64,000 nucleotides of DNA from Eledone cirrhosa (GCA_964016885.1 OZ024743.1:305908001-305972000); one strand, 5' to 3'; shown: positions 28,201 to 41,320, counted from the stretch's first letter. Program-made: numbers and translations. The notes: generated from the letters alone by a model not told the origin.

Positions 28201-28778
28201 TTCTATGGAGAGTTGGTTAAAGGAAAACGACCGCCACATAAACCAAAAAAGAGGTATAAGGATTCCTTGAAGGCCTCTCTGAGAGACGCTAACATCTCTG
28301 CTGATACATGGGAAAATATTGCTGCTGATCGTAATAAATGGAGAAAGACTGTATATGAGGGAAAAGTTGCCTTTGAGGCATCTCGAATCGCACACGAGAA
28401 AGTAAAGCGGGACGTGAGGAAGGGTATTGCTGTTGCACTTCCAGACGGCGAGGGTCCTCCTATGTTTCTGACATGCAGCGTCTGTGCGAGACTCTGCCTA
28501 AGCAAAGCTGGACTCGAAAGTCATCTTCGCAGTCATAAAGTAAGACCAGTGGTTGACTACCAGGCTGCTGTTGGAGATGCTACTCATCATGCTTGTCAAA
28601 CATGTGGTAGAGAATGTAAATCAGCAGGAGGACTCAAGCGACATGCAAAAGTACACGAACTCCAACCACAGCCGACTATTCCCAGTAAATGTTTTGGTTG
28701 CCGACTCTGTGCAAGACATTTTGGATCATTGGCTGGGCTAAAAAGCCACATTCGATCGCAGCACTGTTAGTTGCTATC

Positions 28779-28818
<40 letters not shown>

Positions 28819-28897
28819 GCTTATGTGCGTGCGTGTGTGTGTATATATATATGAATATGTATATTATTATTGTTGTTGTCGTTATTATTATTATTGC

Positions 28898-28955
<58 letters not shown>

Positions 28956-29058
28956 TTTTTTTTTTTTTTTTTTTTTTTTTATTGTGCAATGGCCATACTC
29001 GATAACGAGGGGGCAGCCATCATGTATGTATGTATGTATGTATGTATATATGTATGTA
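24836..29058 (+). mobile_element. RTE-clade LINE with intact ORF and both UTRs (exact 5' start uncertain)
   Basis: 5' UTR, uninterrupted APE-RT ORF, 3' stem-loop CTCG-ATAA-CGAG and (TATG)n tail. Confidence 0.93.
25225..28770 (+). CDS. RTE ORF (1181 aa): AP endonuclease, reverse transcriptase and three C-terminal C2H2 zinc fingers
   Basis: WNVRTL, LSETR, GDFNARVG, TDHRLV, SPGMDG, NYRGISLL, DLTKAFD, GVKQG, LLYADD; CSVC..H..H, CQTC..H..H, CRLC..H..H. First ATG follows the poly-T; the longer track ORF start is only microsatellite. Confidence 0.95.
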   Translation: MMFQNNVNEIIANLGSGTKKIIGNKGRGPKLSQPGPARHRAIVIEPNRAFSLGCWNVRTLLDRDSLERPERRTALVAKELRRYDLDIVALSETRLAGDGHLTEFCGEYTFFWKGRDEGTRREAGVGFAVKTVLVNKLEEFPVGISERLMSMRVPLDKGRYATLVSVYAPTMNSVDEEKLSFYHALKGVLRNIPQADKVIVLGDFNARVGRDFNTWNVIGRHGVGKCNSNGMLLLQMCEELDLCVTNTMFQQKNKFKTTWMHPASKEWHLLDYVLVRMRDRQDVRCVRVLRGAECWTDHRLVRAKVNLITKRKIRAPGVTLPKRLNAARLKDKNVKRTLEEEMQAADLGEDWPTLKKSVYDVGRRVLGLVQRKHQDWFNEKDVHIDDLLADKRRALSRYLTARPQERNTLHEELRDVKSRVRRSLSQMKDQWWSEKAGEIQTASDCNNTKLLYSLLREVYGPSSSLVTPIRSKDGKELLRDSQGILRRWREHFDDLLNQPSVVSEDFLNLIPESPVKVALAEPPTLVEVAVAISKLNSGRSPGMDGIHAELLQYGGERLLQHLHSLFGRIWANESVPEDWRDAVMVVLYKGKGNRNDCGNYRGISLLSVVGKVLCRVLLDRLLTHIADCVLPESQSGFRVGRGTTDMIFSARQLQEKCIEQGLDLYQVFVDLTKAFDTVNRDALWKVLQKLGCPDKFLALVRSFHDDMKAWVNVGGNMSEPISVKNGVKQGDIPAPTLFAIYFAMVFCIAFRNCEHGVYIRYRTSGSIFNIRRFAAKTKVFTSVIRDLLYADDCDLVAHTESDMQHILNVFSDACTALGLTVSLKKTVVMYQPAPGRQYTEPNIYVYGKRLGVVDQFVYLGSTVNRYGNLDSEISLRIRKASDAFGKLERRLWGRRDICRRTKVRVYRACVLSCLLYACETWVTYRRHLKQLERFHQMCLRRIHGVRWRDHISDVEILESSMCDSIEALVLKQRLRWSGHLARMKDSRIPKQLFYGELVKGKRPPHKPKKRYKDSLKASLRDANISADTWENIAADRNKWRKTVYEGKVAFEASRIAHEKVKRDVRKGIAVALPDGEGPPMFLTCSVCARLCLSKAGLESHLRSHKVRPVVDYQAAVGDATHHACQTCGRECKSAGGLKRHAKVHELQPQPTIPSKCFGCRLCARHFGSLAGLKSHIRSQHC

Positions 29059-29199
29059 TTAGGAAGTTTAAGGAACTAAACTTAAATTCATTAGTTATTT
29101 ATCCATGAAGCTGCGATTATGAATTTCACATATCAAAATACTTTGCAAATGATGGAAATAAACCCTTACATACATATAGAATGATATTGCTTCTCTTGT

Positions 29200-29610
29200 T
29201 ATCTTTTCTTTTACTGGTGATGGAAGGCAGGAGACAAGATTAAGTACAAAAATTGCAGTAGCTGGTGCAGTAATGTGCCAACTTCAGCGTTCAGTAATCG
29301 GAGGACGGGTGGGGGGGGGGGGGGGGGGGAGGCCAAACTCACTATCTTCAATTCGGTATGTGTGCCAACCCTTAACTATAATCATGAATCGTAGGTAACG
29401 ACCGAAATGATATGATCGCTAATACAAGCGGCCGAAATGTGTTTCCTCCGAAGGGTCTTTGGGGTAACGTTATTCGATAGAGAGCGGAGCACGGAGATTA
29501 GAAAGCCACTCTAGGTAGAGTTGCTACTTCTCTGAATTGAGTGATCCAATTCTATGGACATGTGGTTAGAATGTCTCAGGATAGAATCGCTGGACAGATT
29601 TTACGGGCAA
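29200..29610 (+). mobile_element. decayed RTE (Rex3/Expander-like) fragment
   Basis: Translates as AKLTIFNSVCVPTLNYNHES*VTTE..IQAAEMCFLRRV. Confidence 0.75.
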
Positions 29611-29654
29611 AGGAAAATAAAGTAAATGTTGTGAATGAAGGATATAATTCTTTG

Positions 29655-29851
29655 GCAGCAATTTGGGTGGGGTAGTCGATTATGTCGACCCCAGTACTTA
29701 ACTGGTACTTTATTTTATCGATCCCAAAAAGATGAAAGGGAAAGTTGCTCTCGACGGTATTTGAACACCGAACGTAGATAGTGATAACTAAATACTGCAA
29801 AGTGGTAACTAAATGTGCGACGCTCTACCAATTACTGTCAATCCATCACCC
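29655..29851 (-). mobile_element. tRNA-derived SINE, diverged subfamily
   Basis: Reverse complement of the SINE body: CTGGTACTTTATTTTATCGATCCC..GATGAAAGGGAAAGTT..ATTTGAAC. Confidence 0.78.
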
Positions 29852-29961
29852 TAATGGATGATATAACAACACGATATTTACCATCTAAAATATTTAAAGT
29901 ATTACTTTAAGAAATTACTTTGCAGTTTTCTAAACTAAACCGTTTTATATATACATATTAG

Positions 29962-30011
29962 CCGAAATCCAAACCAAATGAGACTGATAGTTGTCATTAT
30001 GCCGTGTTCTG
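29962..30011 (+). CDS. possible small upstream exon of the MAM gene (5' boundary uncertain)
   Basis: Strong donor TG/GTAAGT at 30012, phase-compatible with the acceptor at 30086 (75-nt intron). Confidence 0.35.
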
Positions 30012-30086
30012 GTAAGTATATTGTCAACAAATCACATAGATGCATTATTTTTCATATCTTTGAACATTGTATATTTAATTTTACAG

Positions 30087-30327
30087 GGAAATATATGCTA
30101 GCCACTGGAGGTATTCCCTTAATAGACAAAACAACATTGACAACAAATAGCTTCAGATATAATATGAAGAGTCTTACATTCTACTATCACATGTATGGAA
30201 AAGACACAGGAAGCCTAAATGTCTATATTAAATGTACTAATGGAATAAAGACTAAGATGCTATCATTAAAAGGCAGTCAAGATGATGAATGGAAATATGT
30301 ATGCATTTCTCTGTCACTCAAATCAGG
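30087..30327 (+). CDS. internal exon encoding part of a MAM domain (host gene)
   Basis: TTTTACAG acceptor and GG/GTAAAA donor; GKYML..LTFYYHMYGKDTGSLNVY..GSQDDEW is the MAM signature. Confidence 0.85.
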
Positions 30328-30489
30328 GTAAAAAAAATAGTTCGATTTTAACATCTTTTGGTAGTTCATTGTTTATTTTATAGTAAAACTGAAAGTTTTA
30401 GCATTAGTCTTTGGTGGATTATAGATTTTGACAGACCAACAAAAAAACAACCGTGCAGTAAGAATACACGATCTCCTGAGCAATAATTC

Positions 30490-30680
30490 TTTCGAATATT
30501 AGCACAAGGACAGCAATTTGGGGGAAGAAGAAAGTCGATTATACTGAACTCGTACTTTATTTTATTGACCCAGAAATGATGAAAGTAGAGATGACCTTGG
30601 TGGTATTTGATCTCAAAACGTAGAAATCATCACGAAAAGGCCACAAAATATTTTGTCAGATACTCTACCGATTCTACTGC
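30490..30680 (-). mobile_element. diverged SINE copy
   Basis: GTACTTTATTTTATTGACCCAGAAATGATGAAAG..GGTATTTGATCTC..CTCTACCGATTCT. Confidence 0.65.
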
Positions 30681-30780
30681 CCTTCTCCTGTGTAATAATG
30701 ATTTAATAATTCACCTTGACAACCCATGTAACAACGATTTGATAGTTCACCTCTGTCTTCTTCTGTAATACCAACTTAAC

Positions 30781-31028
30781 TATTCCTCTTTGAATAAACT
30801 CTATTATATGAATGACTTATATTTTTGTCGTAAGGTAGCGGAGTGAATTGTTCCCCTTTGAAACAATTCTAGTCTATGAATGACTTATTTGTTGTTGTTG
30901 TAAGGTAGCGGAGTGAATTATTCCCCTTTGAATCAACTCTAGTCAGTGAATGACTTATTTTATTGTTGTAAGGAAGCGGAGTGAATTATTCCCCTTTGAA
31001 TCAACTTTACTATATGAATGATTTATTT
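30781..31028. repeat. 68-70-bp minisatellite, about 3.5 copies
   Basis: AAGGWAGCGGAGTGAATT at 30832, 30902 and 30970. Confidence 0.88.
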
Positions 31029-32297
31029 TATAAAAATGTGACGGATTATATGCAAAGATGACTCCAGATATTTTAATTCAAAATATAGAAGAATTAATCT
31101 AAATATTCAAAAGCGTTAGAAATGAAATTAAACACACATTAATTTCTTAAGTAAGTATAGGACTGTAGATATAATGGTAGGGAACAATCGATTATACTAA
31201 CTCGTCTAGTTTACTTCTGTAGAGGACCAGTACACTCAGTTGCTTCAAACCATCGAAACCAGGATAAACACCTGCCTGATGAACCTCCATGATTAAAACG
31301 GACTTTAACAATGTGATGTATTGGTGTCCTGCCCAGGGGGAAGTCATGTCTACTCAGTTGCTTCATACCATGGAAATCAGGATAAGCCTGCTCGAGACAG
31401 ATATTAGGTATAGGTTAGATGGAATCATTTGAGGCAATGTTTTACATCCAAATGCTCTTCATGAGGCCATCCCCTTTTGTCACTTTTTAAAACATGCAGA
31501 AATATTGTGTAGCTATTCTAAAAACTAGAATACACATGGCACACTCTCCTAAATAGCCACCAATACAGCTTCTGTAATGTCAGATCTACTAGACATATAT
31601 TTCTTATGTTGTTTACTAATGGCATCTCACCCTAGAGAAACTTGGTGAAAACAGTGTCATTGCCATCAACATCAACAACACTTTTGATTGTTTCTTTTGT
31701 GTGAATCTCTTGAACTTACTCAAGAAATTTGTCAGAAATTTGTAACTTCCTATTATGACATCAGATTAAAAAATACGTCGATGATATGTAGGGCTGGACA
31801 TTCCTCTGTATGAGGCCTTAAGCTATATGAAATTTGAGGCCCTTCTCTAAAAACAATATAATAGATATATTATATATTAATGTTAATTATAAAATATAAT
31901 ATATATATATATATATATATATACAAATATAAATTCAGCGAGAATCGCATTTCGGCGGGTAGAAAAAGCGAAACGCAACGCAAATTCCGAGTCATGCTGG
32001 CAAGCGCTCCATGGGTTAAAGAGACCAGAGCAATAAACATAGGTTTTAAAGGCCATACAAACTGAGAAGGCGGTCAAGAAGCCATTAACCACCTAAGCCA
32101 AAAGACGAGTCAAGCTAAACGGGTCAGACAAAATAAATTACATATTCACCCGGACCCCAGGATTGATGGTATAATCCAGTACAGGGTTTCTGCGACACTT
32201 AAATCAATAATACTGTCTGCTTAAAACAATAAGCTTTTTCTATAATGATATATATATAGTAATAATAATAAAAATAATAATATAATAATAATAATAA

Positions 32298-33080
<783 letters not shown>

Positions 33081-33092
33081 ATATATATATAT

Positions 33093-33397
33093 ATATGTAG
33101 TTTAGAAAGCCACAACAATGCAGATAGGAAATCTCGAGGTAGGAAGTGAGTGAGAAATAGGAGAGAAGTGAAAATTGAGAGAAACGAAAATGAAAACAAA
33201 ACAAAGGTAGAAGGGTTACCGTAGTGGAGATTTAATCCCAATATTTCGGGCTCCGCCCATCAACGGGGGAAAAAGTTCCAAAAGGGACTCCTATTTCTCA
33301 CTCACTTCCTACCTCGAGATTTCCCATCTGCATTGTTGTGGCTTTCTACACTACATATTTTACACATTTCACAATGCTTCAAGCAAACTTTAACACC

Positions 33398-33400
<3 letters not shown>
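33093..33400. mobile_element. short element in (TA)n: 71-bp inverted arms (33093-33163 / 33288-33358) plus 42-nt tail
   Basis: Near-perfect reverse-complement arms flanked by (TA)n. Confidence 0.82.
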
Positions 33401-33440
<40 letters not shown>

Positions 33441-33944
33441 TTTTTTCTGATTAAGTGTTAAAGAATAAAATCTAATCTATATAAATAAAAGTCGAATGTC
33501 GTCAGTCCGTGTGTCAGTCCACATGGAAGTGGGATGATGAAAGTTCTACGACGCAAAAAATATCACACAGCGTTTCAACTTCTGCACAATCTCTGTGTGA
33601 GTATTTGTGCAAAAGGGGGAAGGGGGATGGTGAAAAAACTACGGCAAAATCACCCAACAGACTTCCAATCTTTCCATGCGCTGCGTGAGTGTATGTGTGT
33701 GTGTGTTTGTGTGAATATATGTGTGTGTTTGTGTGAATATTTATGTGTGTATTTGTGTGAGTGTATGTCTTTATGTGTGCATGCGTGTGTATTTGTGTGC
33801 ATTTATCGGTGTTTGTGGGTTTATATTTATACACACAAATATGTATAATAACAACGATATTAATGCAAATGTAAATTCAGGTACATATAATGATTCGAAT
33901 GTAAATAATATGTTCAATATGTTTGTATATATAAGATTATGTAA

Positions 33945-34932
33945 TCTATATATATAAAACTGTGGTTGTCTGTCTGTCTATCGATTTTTGGCACACATCT
34001 CCTCTTAGAATCTCTCACGGAATTGCACCGAAATTGCTATACTTGTACACTGAGCCCTAGCGAAGACATCGGAAAAAAAAAATTTCAAATTGACCCACCC
34101 TATGTGACGAAATCGAATATAATGTATCGATTTTTGAGCGTAAGTTATCAGTTATTTCCATTTGTTCTGTTTACATTGAGCGTCTTACGTAAAAAATTAC
34201 GCTGGCTTTAACAGTTGTCGAGCCAGCAAAATATTGACCTGCAAAATTCATCAGTTCGAACACTAAACTTCCGTTTTGCTTCATTTCCATTTAAAAGCAT
34301 TTTAAAACAATATTTTTACTTGAAAACAAGTCTATTTAAAGACTACGTAAAACAAGCAAATATTTCGTCGTTAGGCGTGCAGACAGACAGTCGTGCAGAC
34401 AGACAGTCGTGCAGAGAGGTGATATACGCGTGCAGACAGATAGTCGTGCAGAGAGGTGATATACGCGTGCAGACAGACAGTCGTGCAGAGAGGTGATATA
34501 GGCGTGCAGACAGACAGTCGTGCAGAGAGGTGATATAGGCGTGCAGACAGACAGTCGTGCAGAGAGGTGATATAGGCGTGCAGACAGACAGTCGTGCAGA
34601 GAGGTGATATAGGCGTGCAGACAGACATAACTGATAATTTGGTTACGCTAATGTTTTTCTCTGCGTTGCAGTGTTTACATTTTCGATCTTTGTTAATAAA
34701 TAACCAGTGCAGTTTCTATCCCCAGCATCCTCTTTTGTTATAACATTCGGGTTATCGTTATGTTTTCTTAACTTCATAAGGCATATTGTTGGTTGAGGGA
34801 ATATTAATCAAAAACACCACATGCAAGTCTGCACAGTAGACACTACAGTTTTTAAGCCAAGAAAGAAACTTAGTATTGTAACTTTAACACAGCTACTGAG
34901 CGACCCCGAGCAACGCCGGGCTTTACTGCTAG
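33945..34932 (+). mobile_element. complete non-autonomous Helitron
   Basis: A/TCTATATATATAAAA start; subterminal hairpin CCCG-AGCAACGC-CGGG; CTAG/T end; no TSD. Confidence 0.88.
34374..34627. repeat. 37-bp minisatellite inside the Helitron
   Basis: GGCGTGCAGACAGACAGTCGTGCAGAGAGGTGATATA, about 6.5 copies. Confidence 0.93.
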
Positions 34933-35422
34933 TTATATATAAATATACTCATACTCCCAGCAAAGAGTCTGTTTATATACATAGGCAAACATGTATACGT
35001 GTCTACAGGAAAGAGCGTATAACTGACTGTGTGAGGTAAAAAGGTAGAGAGTAGTCTTACAGAGACTAAAAGAGAGGAAGTCTTACAGAGGGTGAGAGAG
35101 AGTATGTGTGTGTGTGAGAGAGAGAGAAAAACATAGAATAAGGCAGACAGGGAGAGAGAGAGAACAAGTTTGTATCGGAGTAGAAGCAATTGAAAGAGAG
35201 CCCACACAAAGAGAGGGAGATAGCGGGATAGAGAGATACTGTATGTGTATGTTGTGTCCGTGAAGATAGTACGTGTGTGTGTGAGAGACAACGCTTTGCT
35301 ATTGTAGCAGTGGTCATGGAAGTGAGAGGAGAGTAAGTAATTGCAGAAAGGGAGCTCCTTGCCAACAAACGAACGCGAATATATATTTTTAAATGTTTAA
35401 CGAAGAGAGTCGTTGTATTTGC

Positions 35423-35505
<83 letters not shown>

Positions 35506-36205
35506 TGTGTTACTGTGAAGATATTCATGTAACTTTCACTTATTTTTCATTTAATCCCAATTTCAATTTTCAAAAAAGATGCAAAGGAGAAAAAGGTTCC
35601 CACTCTCCACAAGCTCTTCCGACGTTGCTAACGAGGCAAGAAGAGAGAGGGGGGGGGGGTTCAGAAGAACAGTATTCTACGGTGCAGCAAAGGCAAGTAC
35701 AGGTAGCCAGAGCAAGGGTACTAGAGTCCCCTGCACAACGACAGCAAAGATAAGAAAACGACCGGAGGAGAGCTGCTGCATGCAGGGTCAATGAGTCACA
35801 AGAGGCAAGGGAAAAACAGTCAGAATAATTATGTCAACAAAATACAACCCGCAGCGGCCAAGAATCAAAAGAGGAAAGAGAAAAATGTTTAAAGGATGCA
35901 AGATAAAGACAAGCTGCCAGAGTTACCAATGAGACAATAGTTCAGCAAGAGATTAGACAAAGAAAAACCTGGAACAAACAGTTGCTGCAGGACTTCGCCA
36001 ATCCTCAGAGGAGAAACGTAAGCGTCTTGGTCAAGATAGGCTGAATACGTTTAACAAAAGTGTAACACCTTTCAATGGGACTTGGAAAAGATCATTTTTT
36101 AACTATGATCCAAAGTATGATTATTCTACAGAAAAATGGATTGGTATTGTGCAATGTCAAAAGTGCAGTTTTTGTGAGGGAAAGAAATGGATAAGAGAAA
36201 CCCTC

Positions 36206-36269
36206 ATAAAATAAAGTACCAGTAATGCACTGGGTAATTGCTGGCCTTGTGCCTAAAGTAGAAACAATT
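36206..36269 (+). mobile_element. SINE 3' fragment
   Basis: ATAAAATAAAGTACCAGTAATGCACTGGGTAATTGCTGGCCTTGTGCCTAAAGTAGAAACAAT. Confidence 0.8.
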
Positions 36270-36617
36270 ATGTGTTATGGAGGAGGAACGGTTATAGGTT
36301 ATTTAGCTTATAGATAAATTCATCAATAACTACACCGTGGATCCCGAGGGGTGTGGCCCTAAGCTATAGGTTATTCAGCTTGTAGGTAAGCCCATCAATA
36401 ACTACACTGAGGCCCCCGAGGGTGTGTGGCCTTATTTAGCAGCACCGATAATATATTCTGGCTTTCTCTGCACCCTGGTCAAATTTTGGTGAGGTCAACT
36501 TTGCTTTTCATCTTTTCATGGTCAATAAATAAAGTACTAGTCCAGTATTGAGGTTATTTCTCTCACTCTCTCTCTCTCTCCCTCACTCTCTCTCTCTCTC
36601 TCTATCTTCTCCTCTCT

Positions 36618-36670
<53 letters not shown>

Positions 36671-36698
36671 CTCCTCTCTCATCCTCTCTCTCTCTCTC

Positions 36699-39600
36699 TC
36701 TAAATATATATATATATATATAAGACGGTAGATGTCTGTCTGTGTGTTTGTATGATTTTTATACTTTTCTATATTTCTCTACCGATTTTGATGATTTTTT
36801 TTCCAATGTGCTTCAAATTTACCAGGGCAGGTCAACGCGTAATTATTTATTTTTGCCAAAAATTTCCTGCTTCTATGACAAAAAATCGATAAAACTAAAT
36901 ACATGCTGCAACCCTCTCTCTTACACGCTTCATTCCTCTCACTACTACCATCAAAAATATATGAAACTACATACATGTTGCAACTCTCTTTGAAAGGTTC
37001 ATCCTTTCCTCTACTCCACTCTCAATCTCCTCTGCAACTCTCTTCAAAAGGTTACTGCCTCCGTCTACTACCCTATCACCATGACAATTTAGAACAACGA
37101 CAAAACTTCTTTTTTATACAATAACCATAGCTGTACTCTCTCTGTCGCTCTTCCCTCTCTCTACAATAGATTATTCCCCCCTCTATATAATTTAACTGCT
37201 TTACTCTCTTCATGCTTCGAGGTTTAACATTAGCTTCACTCTCTCCGTCGCTCTTCTCTCTCTCTATAATAGATCATTCCCCCCTCTTCGTTTTGGAACG
37301 CGAAAAAAACTTTGATAACTAAGCAACACATCATTTATACAACAACAAACATAATCATAACGACACTCATACATCAAATATCAAAATTTAAAAAGCTTAC
37401 ATTTTACATCAAATAACAAATATTCAAAAGCAACAGATGAATTTATAAAACAACAAACGTAACAATAACGACGCTTAAGCATTTATTTATATGATTCTCA
37501 ACAAAGACATTATATTTTATTGTTGTCCTTTTTGTAATTTTCTTTCTTGGTTTTTCTCAATATGAGACAAAAAATTAATGAGAAAACTTTTTTCACGGGA
37601 TTCTATTCAAAGTCGGGACACTTATTGCTTTTGGTCTGGAGAAGGTCATGAAGCAAAATAATTTCAAATCACTCAACAATAAGGGCAAAAATCGATCATG
37701 ATCATTCCCCCTCTCTATAATGTAACTGCTTTACTCTCTCTGTCGCTCTTCACTCCCTATATGACAACACTGCAGAGAGAAAAACAATGTATATGATCAA
37801 ATGGAGCGTTCCGTATATTCCCCCTCTCTATAATTTAACTGCTTTACTCTCTCTGTCGCTCTTCACTCCCTATATGACAACACTGCAGTGGAGAGTTCCG
37901 TATTGAGCGATCCGTATTGACATATCTGGGGCATTTTCAATCGGCTTATTGCAAATAACAACCCGCAAAATAACACTTCATATAACAGATTAATGCTATA
38001 GACATATGAATCGGAATGTAACCCGTGAACTTTTTCTGGGCAAAATTATTCGAAAAGACATGACCTCATGCCAGTGTCCAGACTGAAACTGGCTAAACTC
38101 ATGGCTTTAATCAAAAAGGTCAGGTATTTGGGGCTGTAAAATGTGACATGTTCACCGTCGAATAGCAAAAACGAGGGCTGCCACATGCTCACATCTTGAT
38201 TTGGTTAGCTGATAAAATCAATTCAAATGCCATAGACAGCTTCATTTCGGCTGAAATCCCTAACCCAGCAACTGACCAAGAATTACATGACATCGTCAAA
38301 GCTAACATGGTCGTGTCCGTCGGGTCCTAATGAGCATCACACGTGTCTGAAAGGGGGGAGGGGGGTCGTGCAGTAAGGGATACCCCAAGATTTGTTGACG
38401 AAACTCAGACTGGTGGCGACGGGTACCCCTGTACAGGCGGAGACGGCCCGAGAACGGTGGCTTCACCACAACAGTAAAAGGAGGTCAAGTCGACAATAGA
38501 TGGGTGGTCCCTTACTGCCCGCTTCTCTTGAAGATGTTCAACGCCCACATCAACGTTTAGTTTTTCATCTCCGTCAATTCGATAAGATACATATGCAAAT
38601 ATGTAAATAAGGGCTCTGATGCCGCAATGTTCGCATTTCAAGCTGAAAATAGTAGGGACGAGGTCACAGAATAACTGGCAGGGCGGTACATCAGTAGCAA
38701 TGAAGCTTTTTGGCGCCTATTTGGTTTACCCCTACACCAACGTCACCCCGCCATCGTACAGCTTGCGGTACATTTGGAAAATGGGCAAATGGTGTACTTT
38801 ATGGACCAAACCGCTGCCAAGTTGGCCGCCGATCCGAAAGAGACCACTCTGACGGGTTTCTTCAAACTTTGCCAGTTCGATACATTTGAGCAAACAATTG
38901 TGTACTCCCAAGTTCCATCCTACTTTATATGGTCGAAAAACACTTGGGTGCGAAGAAAGTCAGTTCAGGATGCTGAAAGACATCCTGGTGTAAAATTTGA
39001 CAGCTCTCTTGGAAGGGTTTACACTGTGCCCCCAAGTCAGCATGAGTGCTTTCATCTCCGCCTTCTTCTGCATGAAGTTGTAGGCCCACAAAGTTTTCAG
39101 GACCTCAAAACTGTTGATGGAGAAATATGTGATACGTTCCGGGAAGCCTGCTTTAAGCGTGGTCTTTTGGAAGATGATTCGCAATGGGATTCCACTTTAG
39201 CAGAGGGTCCTTTGTTGAAATCACCTAAAGGTCTACGGGAACTCTTTGCCATTTTGCTTCAAAAGTGTGAATTGGGTGATCCCAAATCTTTATGGGTCAA
39301 GTACAGAGATTTCATGTCTGAGGACTTCCTGCGCCTGGCTCATCTGCAGTATACATCAGTGGAAGTTAGAAACAGCGACATTATCTACAACAGGGCACTC
39401 ATTGATATCGAGGACGCCCTCCTCGAAATGGGTGGGAGTGAGTTGGCGACGTATGGTTTGCCGTCAACCGTCAGAGAGGAAGCTAACACGTTGGCCTCGG
39501 ATTTGTTGCGGGAAACAGCATGACATCGAATCTCTTTCCCAATATCTAGAGGAAAATGAGCCCAAACTTCTGTCGGACCAAAGGTTGGCCTATTTAACTA

Positions 39601-41252
39601 TCATTGACGCGGTTCAAAATCAAACTGGGGGTATTTACTTTCTCGATGCTCCTGGGGGTACTGGAAAAACTTATGTAACGAAATTGATTCTCGCTAAGAT
39701 TCGTCTTCGTCAGGCAAAGAAATTGTGTTGGCCGATGCATCGTCCGGGATCGCTGCTACTTTGCTGCCGGGAGGCAGGACAGCACATTCAACCTTTAAAC
39801 TCGCCTTGGATTTAGTAAAAACTGAGACACCAACATGCAATATCAGCAAGAGTTCACACGAAGCTCTGGTTCTCAAAATATGTTGCCTCATTGTTTGGGA
39901 TGAGTGCACAATGGCACACAAGGGTGTCCTTGAGGCATTGGACAGGACCCTGAAAGACATTAGGGATTCTACAGCTCCTATGGGTGGCGTAACCCTTCTG
40001 CTATCGGGGGATTTTCGGCAAACGCTGCCTGTCATCCCCAAAGGGACAAGAGCTGATGAAGTGCGTGCCTGCCTTAAGTCGTCCATGTTGTGGCTCCAGA
40101 TGAAGAGTTTGTACCTGAGCACAAATATGCATGCTCATTTGCATGGTGACAACATGTCAGCAACATTTGCTTAGAATATTTTAGCACTTGGTGAGAGTAA
40201 GGTCCCTGCGGATGACAAGGGTGGCATAGCAATCGACTCCCTGTGCAACATTGTGAGCAGCCCTTCTGACCTTTGGGAAGCAGTTTTTCCTAATGTCTCA
40301 TCTAACTTTAAAAACCTCGATTGGCTCAGAGAAAGAGCCATCCTTGCTCCGAAAAATACCACGGTTAATTTTATTAATGAGCAACTGATTGAGAAGTTTC
40401 CCGGTAAAGAGCTATCTTCAAATCTATCGACCGGACGTCAGACCCCGACGATATCGTTAATTATCCGGTTGAGTTATTGAATTCCCTTGAGCCCCTAGGG
40501 CTCCCACCTCACATTCTTAAGCTTAGGGTTGGCTGTTCCATTATGCTAATAAGGAACTTGCGTCCACCCAAAGCAGTGCAACGGTACTCGCATGGTTGTC
40601 AAGTCACTGACGCCCCACTTGATTGAGGCCACCATTGTAACGGGGTGCGGGAGGGGGGTGAATGTTTTCATTCCAAGGATGAATCTTTTCCCCTCGGCGT
40701 CAGATATCCCGTTCTATTTCCGGCGATCCCAATTCCCGGTGAGACCATGTTTTGCCATATCCATTAACAAGTCACAAGGGCAAACATTGTTGGTGGCGGG
40801 AATCCATTTGGGGGAGCCATGCTTCTCTCATGGCCAACTTTATGTTGCCTGTTCAACGCGTAGGGAGCAGGAATGGACTTTTTGCTTTCACTCCTCAAGG
40901 GATGACACGCAATATCGTCTACAAAGAGGAGCTATAGATGTTGGTGCAGGTGTTGGAGGTGTTGGAGCTATGCCGTCTGGAAAACTGGTAGGGTCACCCA
41001 TAGCGTACAGATCTGACACCCAGCGACATCAGGGCCACCATCTTGCAACTTTGGTCTACTAAATTCGGTATTGGAAGATTATTAACCCATCATTGATTGT
41101 CCAAAATGCTAATTGGTTCGTAACTTTTAATAACCGGTTCAACTGCTTTATGCACTTAATTGATAAGCTTATGCGCTTTCAAGCTACGTTTACCTGTATG
41201 TAACTTTTCATAGCAAATGAACAAACCCGAGCAACGCCGGGTTAAACTGCTA

Positions 41253-41253
<1 letters not shown>
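36699..41253 (+). mobile_element. decayed autonomous-type Helitron
   Basis: TC..ATATATAAGACGG start; RepHel remnants; hairpin AACCCG-AGCAACGC-CGGGTT and CTAG/T end. Confidence 0.92.
37990..40937 (+). pseudogene. Helitron Rep/Pif1 helicase (RepHel), frameshifted
   Basis: VE*QKRGLPHAHIL (HUH motif), YICKYVNKGSD, DAPGGTGKT, VWDECTM, GDFRQTLPV, QFPVRPCFAISINKSQGQTL, FSHGQLYVA. Confidence 0.92.

Positions 41254-41320
<67 letters not shown>

Larger units (their letters stand above)
33476..36300 (+). mobile_element. 5' part of a decayed Helitron (N-terminal and zinc-finger region), interrupted by a nested Helitron and a SINE piece
   Basis: A/TCTATATAAATAAAAG start; MQRRKR..LSTSSS at 35579; FNYDPKYDYS..KCSFCEGKKWIRETP..MC at 36097-36290. 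Confidence 0.7.

Noticed and set aside
33218-33280. Hammerhead on the minus strand (TTGATGG..GGGC-GGA-GCCC-GAAA)
   Set aside because: The core lacks G8-A9 in the right spacing and stem III with the cleavage site does not close cleanly; at best a decayed remnant.
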